DNA of 64,000 nucleotides from Lingula anatina. Lineage: Eukaryota; Animalia; Brachiopoda. Below, piece by piece: positions 45,301-60,300 of this stretch; position 1 is the stretch's first letter; each line of letters begins with the position of its first letter. The stretch is taken from NCBI GenBank assembly GCA_051362555.1, contig CM120640.1:7006001-7070000 (forward strand). The letters run 5' to 3'. The notes below the pieces were generated by a model. The model was not told the origin of the DNA. It saw only the letters and a list, made by a program, of their open reading frames with translations, and searched no databases. Both the position numbers and the translations under genes were made by a program.

Positions 45301-48300
45301 CGGCCCATGTACAGACCTGCCAACACCCGGTTTCGACGCTCCAAACCAAGCACTTTGTTGATGGCCTGAGGGGTAATAAAAAGTACTTCTGTTACATTGT
45401 TTAATTGGGATTTTAGAGTAAAGTCCATATAATGTTATGTATTTGTATCAGACCCACTTACCTAGTTTTTAATTTTAGCTTTAATCTAATTAATCAAAAC
45501 TGAAAAGAAAGTAACTCACTCAGGTTGAAATCTATATTGTTTTCTTCCTAAAAAAGGTGTAAATTTCTTCATTTTACAATAGCAATTGCATATGAATAAT
45601 AATATTTCATTAAAGTAATGTTAATGTGACCAGATCTATAATGTCTTCATTGAATACCTGCTGAGATACTTCAGTTCCAAAGTTATCATCCTCTCCCGCA
45701 CTTTCTGTGGACATTTTTCCAGACACACCTGAAACATGAAAATATTTCCAATGTCAGTAGAAGGCCTAAATGTCAATGGTGGAGCCTGATTGCAGGCTTA
45801 TCCCATGGCTGGAATTGACAGGATAAAAGTTTAAACAGTAATCAGCATAAAAAATCTTAATCATGCTAACTAAATGTTCATGCAAAATAAGAAATAATCT
45901 TTTCAGGTAAATATTATCTGCATAGACCTATCACAAGCCTTAGAGAACATACATGAATATTTTCAGCCCATCATGAATTTTAACAAACAAGATAAAAACA
46001 AAATGTATCTGAATTTGTTTGAACAGATTTCCTTTGTACCTGAAAGTTTGTACAACAAATCTCCCAGCAGTTGCACAGAGCTGTATCTGATCCTCCAGTT
46101 GTCATCAAAGAGTCCCTTCTCTAGCTCTGGCAGCAGGAGTTCAATGGCGGTGTCAGCATACATAGCCACTATTCTCTGTCCTGCTTTGAGAGCTGTGTCT
46201 CTGAGGAACTCCGATTCATCTGCCAAAGCCTGAAAAGCAAAAATTAATAAATAATAGTAAAGTTCATAGTGAAATAGGCACAATGAAATGTCATACCTCA
46301 TGATTGGTCTCCTTAGAAATAATTACTTTTTAATCATCAGTATTATATTTGTCATACTTGAAATAACTTAAAACAGATTTGATTGGTGAAATCCTTGAAC
46401 CCTCATATCATGTTATTGTCATGACTGTAACTCATTAAAGCTAATACACTCTTAACAAATATACTTTTTTAGCATCAAATGGATAATTTTACTGACTTTT
46501 AATATGGATGGGATGAGAGGTCCAACATAGCCGAGGAAGTCGTCTCCAAACACTCCAGGCAGGTAGATGTACAGCATGATGTACCCATCACGGACATGAG
46601 GTGCAATGTCAGGACGCTCGGCAGTCTCAATCACATCTGGCATCAGCTTGTGCAACCTCTCAATGCCAAGACCACCAACAACTTCACTTAAACCTGTGTA
46701 GCAGAAAGAAAGGCAAACACTGTTACATGGTGTACATGTTTTGACATATGATAAATTTTCTGCAAAAAGCTTTAAATATGAGACAGATTTGCAACTTTTA
46801 TTTGCAATTATCATTTGGGCATGCAGAGCCATGGATCATAATAGCATGTAAAAAAATATGACACCGATTTGGTGAACCTAATTGATAATTGGCTGAATTC
46901 AATCCAATACAACAATATTTTAATGTAAGCCCAACGTATGATCACATCAGAACAGCATGTGAGAATAAAAATCATCTCAAACATGCCCCACCTTGAGCTG
47001 CTCCAGACCTGTCCACTGAGCTAGCCTCTGATGTCATCATCTGCATCAGCCATGGCAGCAGATCCTCAAAGCTGGACTCTCCCATTCCTTTCACCATGGC
47101 ACCCAGAGCCTTGGCTGAGACACTCCTCACCTCTGGCACTGGGTCCAGTAGAGACTGCTTCAATCCTGGGATCACATTGGGCAAGTATGGGGCCAGGTCC
47201 TACAACAGAAAAAGGAGATGTTAAAGTTTTTTTCATCACTGAAAAAATATCCAATTTAAAATTCAATTAGCAAATTTATTGCACTTAAAACAGTAACATG
47301 GTGGCCCTGGTGGGAGAAAAAAATTGAACATTTCTGTTTCTGAAATCCTTGCTTACTTTTTGGTCAGTGAGTGAATACATGTTGCCAATAATCTGTGCCG
47401 CCATCTTTCTGGTCTCGGTGGATCTGTCCTGGAAGGACCTCTGCACCACCGGCATGATCAAAGCCAGAGATGGAGAGTCGATAAAATGGACAAACTTGGT
47501 TTCTAGCAATGTCTGCAAACAGGTTGTGGTCTTTTTGTTGGGATCTTGGAGAGCATCCATTAGAATTGGAACAATTTCTGGAATAAAATCAATAAATGTT
47601 TTTAAAAGAAATGTCATAATACCACAGTGATTTTATCACTGTATTCTGTCAACTAAATTATATCCACAATTTAAAAAAGTTTTGTATCTTAGCATCATTT
47701 TTCTTATCTATGAATGCAATGTACAGCATGATATATGAAAAACTTCCACAATACTTTCACACAAAAAATTACCTTGAATTTCTGGATTCCTAATGACAGA
47801 TCCAATCTCCTTCAAAGCTTGAGCTCCAGCTTTTTGTACTTTGTGATGAGAATCCGTGAGAACCTCTACAAGCTTTGGTACAATCTGTGGTAGACACGCA
47901 GACAGCTGTTTGGGGGCACAGTGTGACATGGCGCCCAGGAGCTCCACTGATCCTGTCTTGGTTCTCCACGAGTCCTCCTCCAGGGCCGCCAGGAGGGAAG
48001 GCAAGACTAGTTTGACTCCATGAGCACTGAGCTTGGTCATCACTGCCTTGGCTGTATCATCTGCTGCCTAATTCATAAGAAAATGGAAGGAATGATGAAG
48101 GAATAGTTTTGTGTCACCACTTGCGCCAGGCTCAGTAGTTCAACTTTTTGCCCCCTAGTTTCAGTTAGTGTTGTGGAGAGGGGGCACCTGCTGCATAGGC
48201 ACCCGCCCTCTTTTGCATGATTTAGAATCAGTCTATAACACTGTGTTTCTCATTTTCTGGTGCAGTATGTCTTTCAAAGTCAAAAGCATTCAGAAACACT

Positions 48301-51300
48301 GTTTATTTAAATTATATAATAAAAAATTACCAAGCAAATTTCATGACACAGAAATGCTCACTCTGACTGGCCAGTGACTTTTACACCATATTGAAAGATG
48401 AAATTCCCACAATCGACTCTTTCTTACCTCTCTGACAAACTGGTTTCCATCTCCAAAACACAGTAGTAAATGAGGCAGAATGTGGACAACATATGGCTCA
48501 AAAAGCCGGCCAAGCATGGTACATAACATTTCAAAGGCAAAAAGTGCACCTGTAAATATAATAAACAAAACACTTAATCATATTATCAAGAGTATCATGA
48601 AACAACAAATATAAAAATTACAGCTCTAAAAATACAACAAAAAAGTTGATTATGAAAATGCAATGATGAATATGGCACCATCACAAATACAATAGTGTAC
48701 AATTATTTCCATTACCTTCCCTATGTCTTGGGCTCTTCTTATTTTGTACAGCATCAGTTAGAGTGGTCATGATGTCCAGCTGTTTAAGGGCAAGAATGCC
48801 CAAACCTTTGACCAGTCCAGCCAGTCCGTAGGCTGCCCCCTTCCTCTCCCCGTAGTTGTCAGACTCCAAGAGAAGTTGCAGCAGTTTATGTACTAGTTCT
48901 GGGGCATCCTGTTTGATGGCTGGTACCAGTGGAGGAAGACAGTTAGCTACTGCCTCCTGGACCTGAATAAGGCAAGAATAAAATGTGTCAAAATGTTTCA
49001 CTTCATGTTCCACTGAAGTGTTGAATTTTCACTGGCCCTCTCTACCTTCCCTCAAATTCAGTATTACCCCCTTACAGCTTGTAGTAGGCGGGACGGACAT
49101 TTAAACCGGATTATCTGACAGTAATCTAGTGAGACTCCCCACGGGGATAGATCGATCTAAAAGCTCTGGGAATACACTTCTAAAAGCTCTGGGAAGAAAC
49201 TTTATGTCAAAATGAGGATCTTCAAATTAATAGATTTATTTAACTTATCAATATCATATGTTACAGGTACAGAAGTGCAAGTAACCATACAGTTACTTAT
49301 TTCTTTTGTACCTGTGATCTATATCAGCACACAGATTTCTCCAGAAGTAACAGCTAATCTACAAATGGAGTTTTCAGTTTGTGCATTATTTTCTCTTTTC
49401 TTTCTTTCTTTCCCTTTTATTATGATAGCACAACAGTGGTGATGGTACACACAGAGTATCAAATAAAGCATCTAACATACAATCTGAAAACAGAGTCACA
49501 GTAAATGAAACATAAGAATAATCTAAATCAAAACAACTCCTCACCTGTTGTGATGGTGTTGATAAAGCTTCTATAAGTTTGGCCACTATTGGCTTGACCT
49601 GTGGGTCATCCTTGTCCAAATGCTTTGCCAGCGACCCCATCAAGATGACCACGCTCTGGCGCACTGCATCATAGCCAGCAGAGTCTGGGGCTTTGGCAAG
49701 AAACTCTTGGAACACTGGCAGCAGGATATCCACATTATCCTGTATGGGAAAATGGTGAAATAACACAAAATCATTATAAAATCATTAATAATTGACTTCA
49801 GTTACTAAGCAATTCATCATGCTAATTAAATGGTTTTAAGTTAATCTTTTCAATTGCTATCAGCATTCTTGTGCACATACGCACCAACACACTTAGTCAC
49901 ATAAAAAAGCTTTCAACTTAAACAGCTTAAAAAACCAAAATAAAGAATCTCTAACCTTTCCATGTCCGTTAATGACAGCCACAGCAGACACCAACATATT
50001 CTGCCTGACCTCTCCATTCCTGTCTCCCAGGCCGTCAGGGACAAAGAATGAGAACAGTGGCTCAATCTGGTCCTCAGTGAGGAGAGGGGACAGTTTGCTC
50101 AGTGCCAAAGCAATGCCACTCCTGGCTGGCCACTCATCAGGAGGACCTTCCGAGATCACACGGCCAAAAGAATCTAGGACAGGTGGGGCAAGCTGAAGAA
50201 GAAAGTTAAGGTTTTCTTTAAATAAATGGATTGTCTGAAAGTAAAAGTTGATACATTTTTCCTAGCCACATCTCTTTCCATTAATGGCGATGTTAAAAAA
50301 ATTTAGTTATAACCTCAGAAAAAGCCAATAAATGCCCACTTAGAATACCTTATTTCTTCAGTAGATGAACATTTATGTATTCTTAGCTTTTTCAATGTAA
50401 ATGTACCTAATTAACAAAAGCCAACCTACTGTACTGCATTGCATGTCCTTAATTTTTCTTAACATAATCTTGTGATAATTTGTAACATAACAAAGGGGTC
50501 ACAAAGCACTAAATCTAAAAGCCCATCCTTCTCTCAATAACTTACATAAAGCTTCTCCCTGTACTTGTCCATCAGTTGCTCCAGAACCAAAGGTACTTGT
50601 TCTGGAAATTCCTTCAGAGCAGCTGCCAGGGCATCTGCGGCAGCCTCTCTGATCACAGCCTCTGAATGGATGACATCATTAGGGAGCAGGGAACACAGCT
50701 CCTCCTCCAACTGGAGGTCTGCCTCTGTCCATAACCTACGGTGTGAAGTAAAAATGAGTTAGTTACTTGTACAATGAAAATATTTATGCCACAACTGATG
50801 CTTTGCACAATACAGAATTTGCATTTGCTTTTTGCTGTTAAGAGGTATACCCTTGCTTGAATTTTTATTGCCATTTGATGCTTTGTATGCTTCTATACAA
50901 CAAAAGCAAGCAAAACACTTTTAGTTAGTGAAATACAAGTGTAATTATCCTATTGTTTAATACACCAGCTGTAGAGAAGTCAGTTTAAGCCTCAAATTGT
51001 ATATCACAAACAAGGGGCTACATACATTTGAATACATACATATAGATACACGCACAAGCCCACACAGAGCATGTACCAAATACATCCTCCTAAATAATTC
51101 CATCAAAACTGCCTTAATGGCACATTTTTATACTTGCCTTTCTGCCATCTTCTGATTGCCCTCGTCCACATCAAACTTGGCCACCCATATCCTCCTGCAC
51201 AGCTCTAAACCAGGCTCTCTCTCAACATCTGGAGTGGGGAGAACCTCTACCATGGCTTGCAAACTCTGTAAAATGTGATCTTCTTTTTCATATTTCATCC

Positions 51301-54300
51301 ATAAATTCAATACAAAACCTTGCTAAACGTATAACTATTTTTGCTGGAATTATATAAAGAGTTTCTATTACTAGTGCTTGTAATAATGCTTGTGAGATGC
51401 AATTTATTAACTATTTCTTGTAAAGACTTCAATTACCAATTATGAAAATGGAAGCTTCTTTCTGAAAATGCAACTATGAGATAAGAAGGTTACTGAAGAT
51501 TCAATGCAACCAGTTCACACCATGTTGAGGAGATGACCCATAACCATCATCTTATATATAACACTAATGAAGACATGAGTGAAATTCATCTACAAATGTT
51601 GATATTATCCTCAGTTTGTCATAGTGTACCTGTAATGCCACCTCCCTCACTGCCAGGGTGGACACCTGCAGGCCCTGGAGTAAGATGTCCACCTCACTCT
51701 GGTCAGCCATAGCACAGCCCTCCTGTCCACTGGCAGCCATGGCCAGGTCCAGAGTGGCCCGACTGGCCAGGTGCTGGACCTTACCAGAGTGGGTGCCTAT
51801 CACTTTGATCAGGGTCTCAAACATGGCCGTTCTTGGAAGAAGACCTGGACCTTCCTGAAATGAGTTTTTTTCCAAACACGTTTGAACGTCCAATCATTTC
51901 TCATCATACTTCCATAAAAAAGACATTCACAGTGCCCAAAATATTTCATCACACATCAATTAGTTTTCATTAAGTTTTAAAACAAACATATCTTTATTAC
52001 ATATTTTTAAAACTATTTTAAGCCTTTAGAAAAATGAACAATTATCTACTGAAACAAGCAAACAAAGAAAAAGATCCCATACCTCACTATTTTCATCTTC
52101 ACTGCGCACTTGTGCCTGCTCACAAATGATCCCCAGTGCCTTAAGCTGCACGACATCTCCATAGCTATTCATCAACACCTTCTTGAGCAAATGGAAGCAA
52201 TACGCAAAGGTGGTGCCAAGGAATGGATGCCCCTTTCCAAACTCTCCTTTCTTCTGATCACCCACAATAATCTGATACAGAATGTCCACGGCGCGGGTCA
52301 CTTGAGACTTGAGATCTTCTACGCACCACCATTTGTTCAGCTCACAGGAAGGAGCCAGTAGACGCAAGGTTGCATGGCCAATAAGTAATCCTGAAAGTGA
52401 ATGGATAATTGCTTTATGTAACAAGGTAATACAAACAGTGGGTAACTGTAATATGCAATTTCCTACTTCACAAACTTTTCACACTCTTCAACTGAACACA
52501 TTTCCTAGTTCTCTGCAAACATAAATGAACATGCTGATGAAGTAGTCTTCCATAATCCCACCCTGTTAGGATAACAAATTACTAATTACAGTAACTAGAA
52601 TCATTCCAAGGTATAACTTACCTAAATCAATCTTTCCCCCCTGAAATGCTGCACTGGCCAGTTCTGTAAAGTTGGCAGCTATTCTGGGAGCAGCCAGGGG
52701 TGAGGAGAACAGCGGTAACATTCCCTCCACCAGTGTGGGGATATAGCGTCTGGTACCAGCAGGGCTTCCTTTTATACTGGCACTCACTATACTACAGGCA
52801 TGTACAAGTTGGAGGTCCAACTGGAAAGATTGTTTTTGTTAATTTTGTAAACAAGTTTGTTATTTATGTAATGATTTTGACTGTTTCTCAGATAGGAAAA
52901 ATCAATTTAAATTATACAGGCATGTTCCAACACATCTTTTAAGATTTGAATATATGTAGCTCGTGTATTGGAAACTTTTTGTAAGCTACCTACTTTCCTT
53001 AGGTCTTAAAAGCAACTGCATTGAAAGTTCTTAATGTGTGCAGAAAGCAACTTTTCACATGGAGTCTATTGACTAATTGCAGAAACAGGGAATCTAACCT
53101 CTTTGAGAGATTTTCTGATCTGGGACTCCTTTTCAAGTTGTGCTTGCTTCAATTCCTGTTGCTTCTTTGTCAGTTTAGGTTCCTCTATAATTCCTTTGGC
53201 ACGATTCTTGGCTTCTATTTCCTAGTTTAGCAGTATCAGATAAGTTAATGTGTACTAGCATTCAGATATTTGCACACCTTCTTCAAACAATACCTACCCC
53301 TTCAATATCTTAGCTTGAAAACATTATAACAATGTTAAATCTACACACATTACAATATTCTTTTAAGCTGCTAAAATAAACCTTCTTAAAGAGTTCCACT
53401 TATAATTACTTAAGCACAGTTGCTCTCACCTTCCTGAGCTCAATTTCTGCCATCTGCTCTGCATACGAGTAAAGCTTGCTTTCCCTCTTTATATTTGTCA
53501 CCTTTTCTTGGGCAGCACTAGAAAAGAAAAGTTTTTATTTACTGTGTAATTCACAATTGATTTGCTCTAAGAAAAATGAAATTATATAACAATTTATGTT
53601 AACACTGCATCAATAAAAAAATTTAATGAAAATAGAAGCATAACTGAACCTCAAGCAATACATGTTGTATACTGAAATACTCAATGTGAAAACTTTCAAT
53701 ATTTTCAAATTATTAAAACTGCTTCACTTCTTGCAACATATCTTTGACTGATGCAACACTAGAGCAGACTTGATTAAAAAATAGTCTATAAAATCCACAA
53801 ATTGTATATTTTCTGCAAATAAAAAAAAGAAACTGTCTCAAAACAAAACTAAACACAGAGAAAGCTACAATCCCACAGCCAGGTTATATTCTCCAACCTT
53901 TGTATCACAGACTTGTCATACAGCTCTCCCTCTGGAGTGTTCATGATCATGTACTCCTGCACTGTGACAGTCACCAGCCCAGGGTTGGACCACAGTGTGA
54001 GGACGTGGCCCACCAGGCGAGGAACAGCCACCCTCGGCTCCAGTCTGGTCAGAGTACTTATTGCACTTAGTAGGCCCTAAAGAGAGGATAGGATTTTCAA
54101 GCATTAAATTCACTAGAAGAAGATATATGTATATATATTTGAAGATTCTGTATAGGATATAGTATAAAATATCCCATTATCAGACACACAAAAGTTGAGA
54201 AAAAAAATAGGTCAATCTTGTCACATTACAAAGTTTTCTATCGATACCAAAAATGTTCTAACAGGAAATGTACAATTTAGTATAGCCTAGTATGAAAAAA

Positions 54301-57300
54301 AGATAAATATGCATGATTCATTATCTAAAAGTAAGACAATTAATATATACCACCAGTTGAGTAGTAGTTTTACCTGAGTCAGGACTTGATCGTTCTCAAT
54401 TTTCTTGCACAATCCATCAATGTTAGCAATGACAAACTGTGCAGCATCCAAACTGAGTTTCCCCAATATCTCTGTCCACAGGTCATTTCTGTACAACACT
54501 GGAGGAAAATTATATTTGGCACTTAAAATAAATACTAAATGCCACATGCTTTTTTTACTCTCTGGAAATATACCTGATAGCCAGCTTTCTCTTTAACAAC
54601 CATGACCAGTATGTTGTAATTTATACATCTATATATATGTTCTCCTGTTAAGTAGACACCCTAAATAACATACAAACTGAAACCAGCTAGTTTCATATAA
54701 CTACCTTTATACACATCTACCTTTCTTTGTTAGACAGGACTGAGAAAGTTTCAGGAAGTTAAAGGCGATTGCCTGGTTTACGTGAGGCCATAATATCCAA
54801 TGTCTAATGCATGACACAATACTTCACATCACTCATGCTATGCTATACTAACTTATGGCTGGATGATGAGCATCTTCTAGCACTTCTACAGCCAGGAGTG
54901 TGGCTTCCATGGTATCAGCTCCAGGGACACTACACAGAGTCAGCAGGCACTCATATAGAATACGTGGTGGTATGGATTTAGAATCAGATGGAAGCTCCTC
55001 ATTCTCCATGTATTTCTTCAACTCTTCTACCTTATGTCAAGAGAAACAAAACCTTCATGAATCTTAATACACAATAAACAGGCAGTGATTCCTTTCAAGA
55101 AAGAGTTCAACAAATTGAAATCAAACTGTTACAGTTTAGGTATAAATACAAATAGAAGGACAGTTTGCTGGATTTCATTAGAACAAAATACAAATTTTCA
55201 TGGTATCTTGAATAATCTTTTTAAATATCTTAGCAACCATCATCGTAATGAGTTCCAAATTCAAAAATACAATGTTAATTTAAGTTTTTTAGCCCTTTTT
55301 CTCACTAGGCTTTACTAGTGAACTGCACGACTTGTATTTTCACTTAGTATTTACCTGCAATTTTTGGTTATCCTTTTCACTTCATAAGTGTTGTTGTTAA
55401 AACCTACTAGCAATTACTAATCTAATGAATTCCAGCCTACTTTAATTAGACATTAAAAGATGTGGTATCTCACCTTCTGTTCAGCCAACAGCTTCCTGAA
55501 TTCCTGGACAAGTCCTACAGCTATTTTGGCACCACCTAAGATACTAAGGAGCTTCCTTGCACTGGCCTTGGAATGTTTCCTTAACTGCCATTTACCATGT
55601 GTTAGACCATATATCAACGCACGGTAATATGCTCTGCAATAAAACATAACTCATTTGATTTAACAATTTGTACAAAATATCCTACACCACACAAGTCTAA
55701 TTTTTGAGGATGTTACCAACGTGGAAAAGTGTTAAACAAAAAGCTTTTATCATCATTTTATCACCATGTTTACATGTCCATCATATTACAAACTTGGTTT
55801 ATTAATCAAACAAATACAATGAAACAGGTGGCTTACTGTGAAATTTTATCTGTGACCCTCTGTGGGTGGTCTAAAATCAGTCTCTCTGTCAGCGTGACTA
55901 GGGATTGCAAAGCTGGGTGAAAATGAAACCAAAACTTTTATCACTTTTGACAAAAAGTTTGCACCAATAAAACCAATTCTAAGCATGAATTTCTATCCGT
56001 ATTATTAACTTAAAACAGATATATGTAAATACCTCAAATCAATAATACAATAATATTATTATTATATCTCTTTATATCTCTTTCAATGACTGTGAAAATA
56101 TATCAATGAAAAAATGCTTTTTGTATTAACATAATACAAAAACTACATCTAGAAAAAAATAATTGACTTACTATCATCTGAGGCTGATGAGAGGAATTTT
56201 TCATTAAGAAAGAGCTGTTTCTCAGAATCCAGAATAATTGTCCAGAACTGCCCTAATTTTGATTCTGAAACCAATGTAAAAGAGATTCCGGTACACATAC
56301 TCAATTTCTTTGGCTTATTTTTCTTGGTACTAAACAAAAATCATAAGATGGAAACTGGTACTTTTTTTAGGATGATTTCAAAGCGAAGACACAAATGTCT
56401 GACAAGTGGGTTAGTTAACTATTTAGCTTTGCAAAAAAGAACTGCAAAATGTCTACCTCTGAATATAATTTAAAAATTGAAACAACGGAGTCAAGTTGTT
56501 AAAAAAACATGTATATTTTCCGTTTTTAATCCAGCTTCAACTTTTTACATCTATTAAACATCATAATAATGTCCCTGTACTTTAAAAGTATAACATCCTT
56601 ACCAACTTCCACATCAGCTAGAGAGATTCTGATGAGGAGACAGGCAGAAGACACTGCCTCTGTGACCAGGTGGGTTTGTGTGGGCTGGCTGCTGGCTTTC
56701 TCAAGGGTTTGCAGCAGAAACGGCAGCATAGGAAGACCCTGGATTAATGTGTCACCTGGTGAAAAGAAAAAATAAAACAATTATCTGAACGTTCATGTCA
56801 GTGGAAAAAAGTTTTTCATTTTGAAAGCAACTAAACATGTTTTCTATCTATGAGGCATGATGTTTTCATCCTCCTTGAAGGGGATCACATGACTGACCTG
56901 TCAATTAAGGCCCCCGAGGGCAGGGCCGAAAAATAGGGACTAATATTTGGAAATTATTCACTTTTTATCATCACTACACAAGAGCCAATAAAAAAACCAA
57001 TTCACTGAATAGTAATTGAGAGTAAAAATCCCAAAATTGGTGCTTGTGTGACAATAGAACTGGGCTCCGTATCTCGAAAGGTTTGCTATGTTGCGCACGT
57101 GTGCAAGCGTCTCTATTCCATGGCCCCGTATCTCGAAATAAAATCGGTTATGGAATTGCGCAACATAATGAACCTTTCCAGATATGGAGCCCTGAGCTAC
57201 CAAAACATTATAGAGATTACTACTCACCACTGAAAGCTGCATTCATGCACCGAATGTACATGTTTCTAACAGCAGAAGTGGATGTCTTCAATCCTGGGCC

Positions 57301-60300
57301 TTTCTACAATTAAAAACATAATATCAAATGAAACTGGTTTTAAAGCCATGTTTATTTGCAATTAATTTTTTTTATGGAAAGAGCAAATATAATAAACTGT
57401 TACTGTAATCATTTTAAATACTGTTAGTTTAAACACTTAATAGTATCTAATATACTGGACAATTAAAGAGACAGATGAATAATTTTGTAATAAAACTTGT
57501 ATTACCTTGAACCATTCAATCAGTTTCTCTGGTACTTGGTTTGAGAACTTCATGCACCACTTGGACAACTCAGATAAAGTGTGGACCAGTGTGCCTTCAT
57601 GGACTGGAAAGGTACCAATATATAACAATAGAAATTAAGTTCTTTATAATCAAAGTCTGCAGGTCATATTAATTCAATAGCACTTGCTTATATGTCTGCC
57701 CTTTTAATTAACTTGTTAAAAGGGATTATGCTCGTACTTTTCTTTTAAAAAGAATAATTAAGTCTATGATCCTGTTGTTTCCATGGAGACAGAGTTCCCA
57801 ATAATGGCAATTTAGTAAAAGGGACAGAATAACAAGCGAATCTACCAACAAATGAAGAAAAGCAGGTAAGGATAAATGTATACCTTCCTGTTGCAGTACA
57901 GGGATAAAGAGTTCAGCCACATTGCCACTCAGGCTCTGTACACTATTGGTGCCACTAACAGAGTTGTCACTCATGTTCCCAATACCACTCAACATACTGA
58001 TTCTCTGGGCAGCCACTGTTAGTTTCCCTTCAGATCCTGAAATGGAAAGTTTAGTTTTTAATCTGGAGCAATTGTCCTCTGTAATGGCTTCTCTGAGTCT
58101 ATGCAACTATACCTTATTAAGAGAAACTTATTAAAGACAGTCTCAGCGCGTTAAACCCTTAAAATAGCACGAAAATGAATTTTCCTGGAAATCTCACCAA
58201 TTTCCCCATAATGACCAAGGTATATCCTATCCAAAACCGTTGAGAAAATGAACCTACCTAATACCGTTTTTAAGTTCCATTAAATAATAAAAGACGACTC
58301 GTCTTAAATACTCAGCTACCACCTCACAGTACGGCTTCAGAACGCGCAATTTCTCGCTAAGTCTCGCGGTTTACTATGAATGAAGTACTACGGCTGAGAC
58401 CCGGATGTTACTATTTGGCGCCAAAACAGCAAACATGGCTCAGGCGCGCGTCAAGTCTGAAGAGGAGAGCGACAAAAGGGGACGAAAGAAAATAGCCACT
58501 CCAGTTCGAAAGATACGAAAGAAAATTAGAGACAGACGAAGAAGCACTCAGACTGTGTATGTTGGGAGGGAGGTGGGGCGGTGGAGGACACTTAAAGCTG
58601 AGTTAGGACTCACATACGAGGCAATGGCGAAACTACTCCTCGACACGTGAGTATGCGCTTCACAGGTCTCAAGTGTGTCTGATTATCATATTATCCTGTT
58701 CACAATAAATGACAATATTTGTGCTCATACAAAGTTGGTTACGTGTATAAGAGCGTTTTGGGCTTTACGTTGTCTATTTTTGATCGGTACATGTACCGAA
58801 AAGATGGACAGGCGGCACTTACATGTCTGACAAGTTTCGCTGTGTAGTCGTGACGTCTATCTCATTCTGACTGAAGCCTGCTGTGATTGGTCGTAAGCGT
58901 GGGAAAATCGAGGTCGTGACCTTGAGCCGGAAGTACTTCTGGCTGTGCTCCGAAATCATGATAAATAGTTTTCGTTTTCTAATTCTTTATTCTAGTTGTC
59001 TTAACAGGACTTTTGTGACCCAGACTTATTAATATAATAATAAACAATCTCACAAAACACAAATCTGATCAAAGCTTTACATAGAACCTGCTTCTATACA
59101 TTAATCTAACCCACTGAGACTGTCTTTAAAGGAAAAAAGTTATCAGTGATAGTGAACATTACCCAATACCATTAACTCCAAATAATACAAGAAGTAATGT
59201 ACCTTATAATGATTTCTTTTCATTTCAAGAGTTGTATGCCTCTCAGATATAAATTCTGTAAAGAGCAATTAATTCTTGAACTCATGCAAAGATTAAGATG
59301 ACACCCACCATTAAAAACTGCAAAGAGATATTTCACCACATTTTCTACAGCTCCTGGGTCACTGCACTGCTTAGCAAGGTGCTTGCAGGCCTCCACTGCC
59401 TCAGCCCTAGTCTCATCTTGCATAGAATGCAACTGAGCTGAAAGTCAAAAACACCCCTTATAAATAATGTGAAACACTTCTAAGAATCATTCGCACAATT
59501 AAAGGATATATTTTGAAACTTCAATCCATTATCCACAATATGTAAAAGGACCAAACCAAGGAAATTAATAATGACATCTTGTATGAAATGAGAGTCTCAT
59601 TTAAGGTCTCTGTGTTTCCTTCTCTTATCTGTCTACATACTTGCTATAGGTTTGGCCACCTCTGCTGCATATGAGCTCAGGTCCAATGTCACACCACCTA
59701 GCATGTAGCTAAAAGCTAAAAGAAAAAAAAAGTTTGTTTTGGTGAAAAAAGGACGCCTAAAAAAAAGAGCACAATAAGAATTCAAATATAAGTACCCAGT
59801 ATCATTTTAGCTGAAACTGAATCTGATAAAACTTATCACAAACGTGTGAGAAATGGCTTAATATAAAAGTCTTCAATCACAACTGAGAGAGAAAGAATGC
59901 AATTTGCATGTACATTAAACAGTTGCATTGTCCTTTTACCTTGTAGTACAATTTCTGGGTTCCTAAGCATTGCCTTCTGTACTGCTGGTAGAATTTTATC
60001 TTTGAAGTCCTCATGACTGATGTGCCTCAAAAATTCTTTACAGCTTTCCTGCAAAAAAACAGGTTGGTATCAAAACAAAGTTTTGAAAGCACCATTTTAT
60101 AACTTCACCTCATGTTTATTAAAAACAATAATAAGTATGCATTACGCCAGATGAGATCTATGGACAGACATTTAAACTAACTAAAAAATCCCATATTCTC
60201 ACCAAAAGATGCACTGCAGGCTTAGTTCTGCTGCCAAGCACTCCCTTTAGGTACTGTTCTACAAAGTGACCCTTGAAAATAAACAAAGTATAAGATTTAA

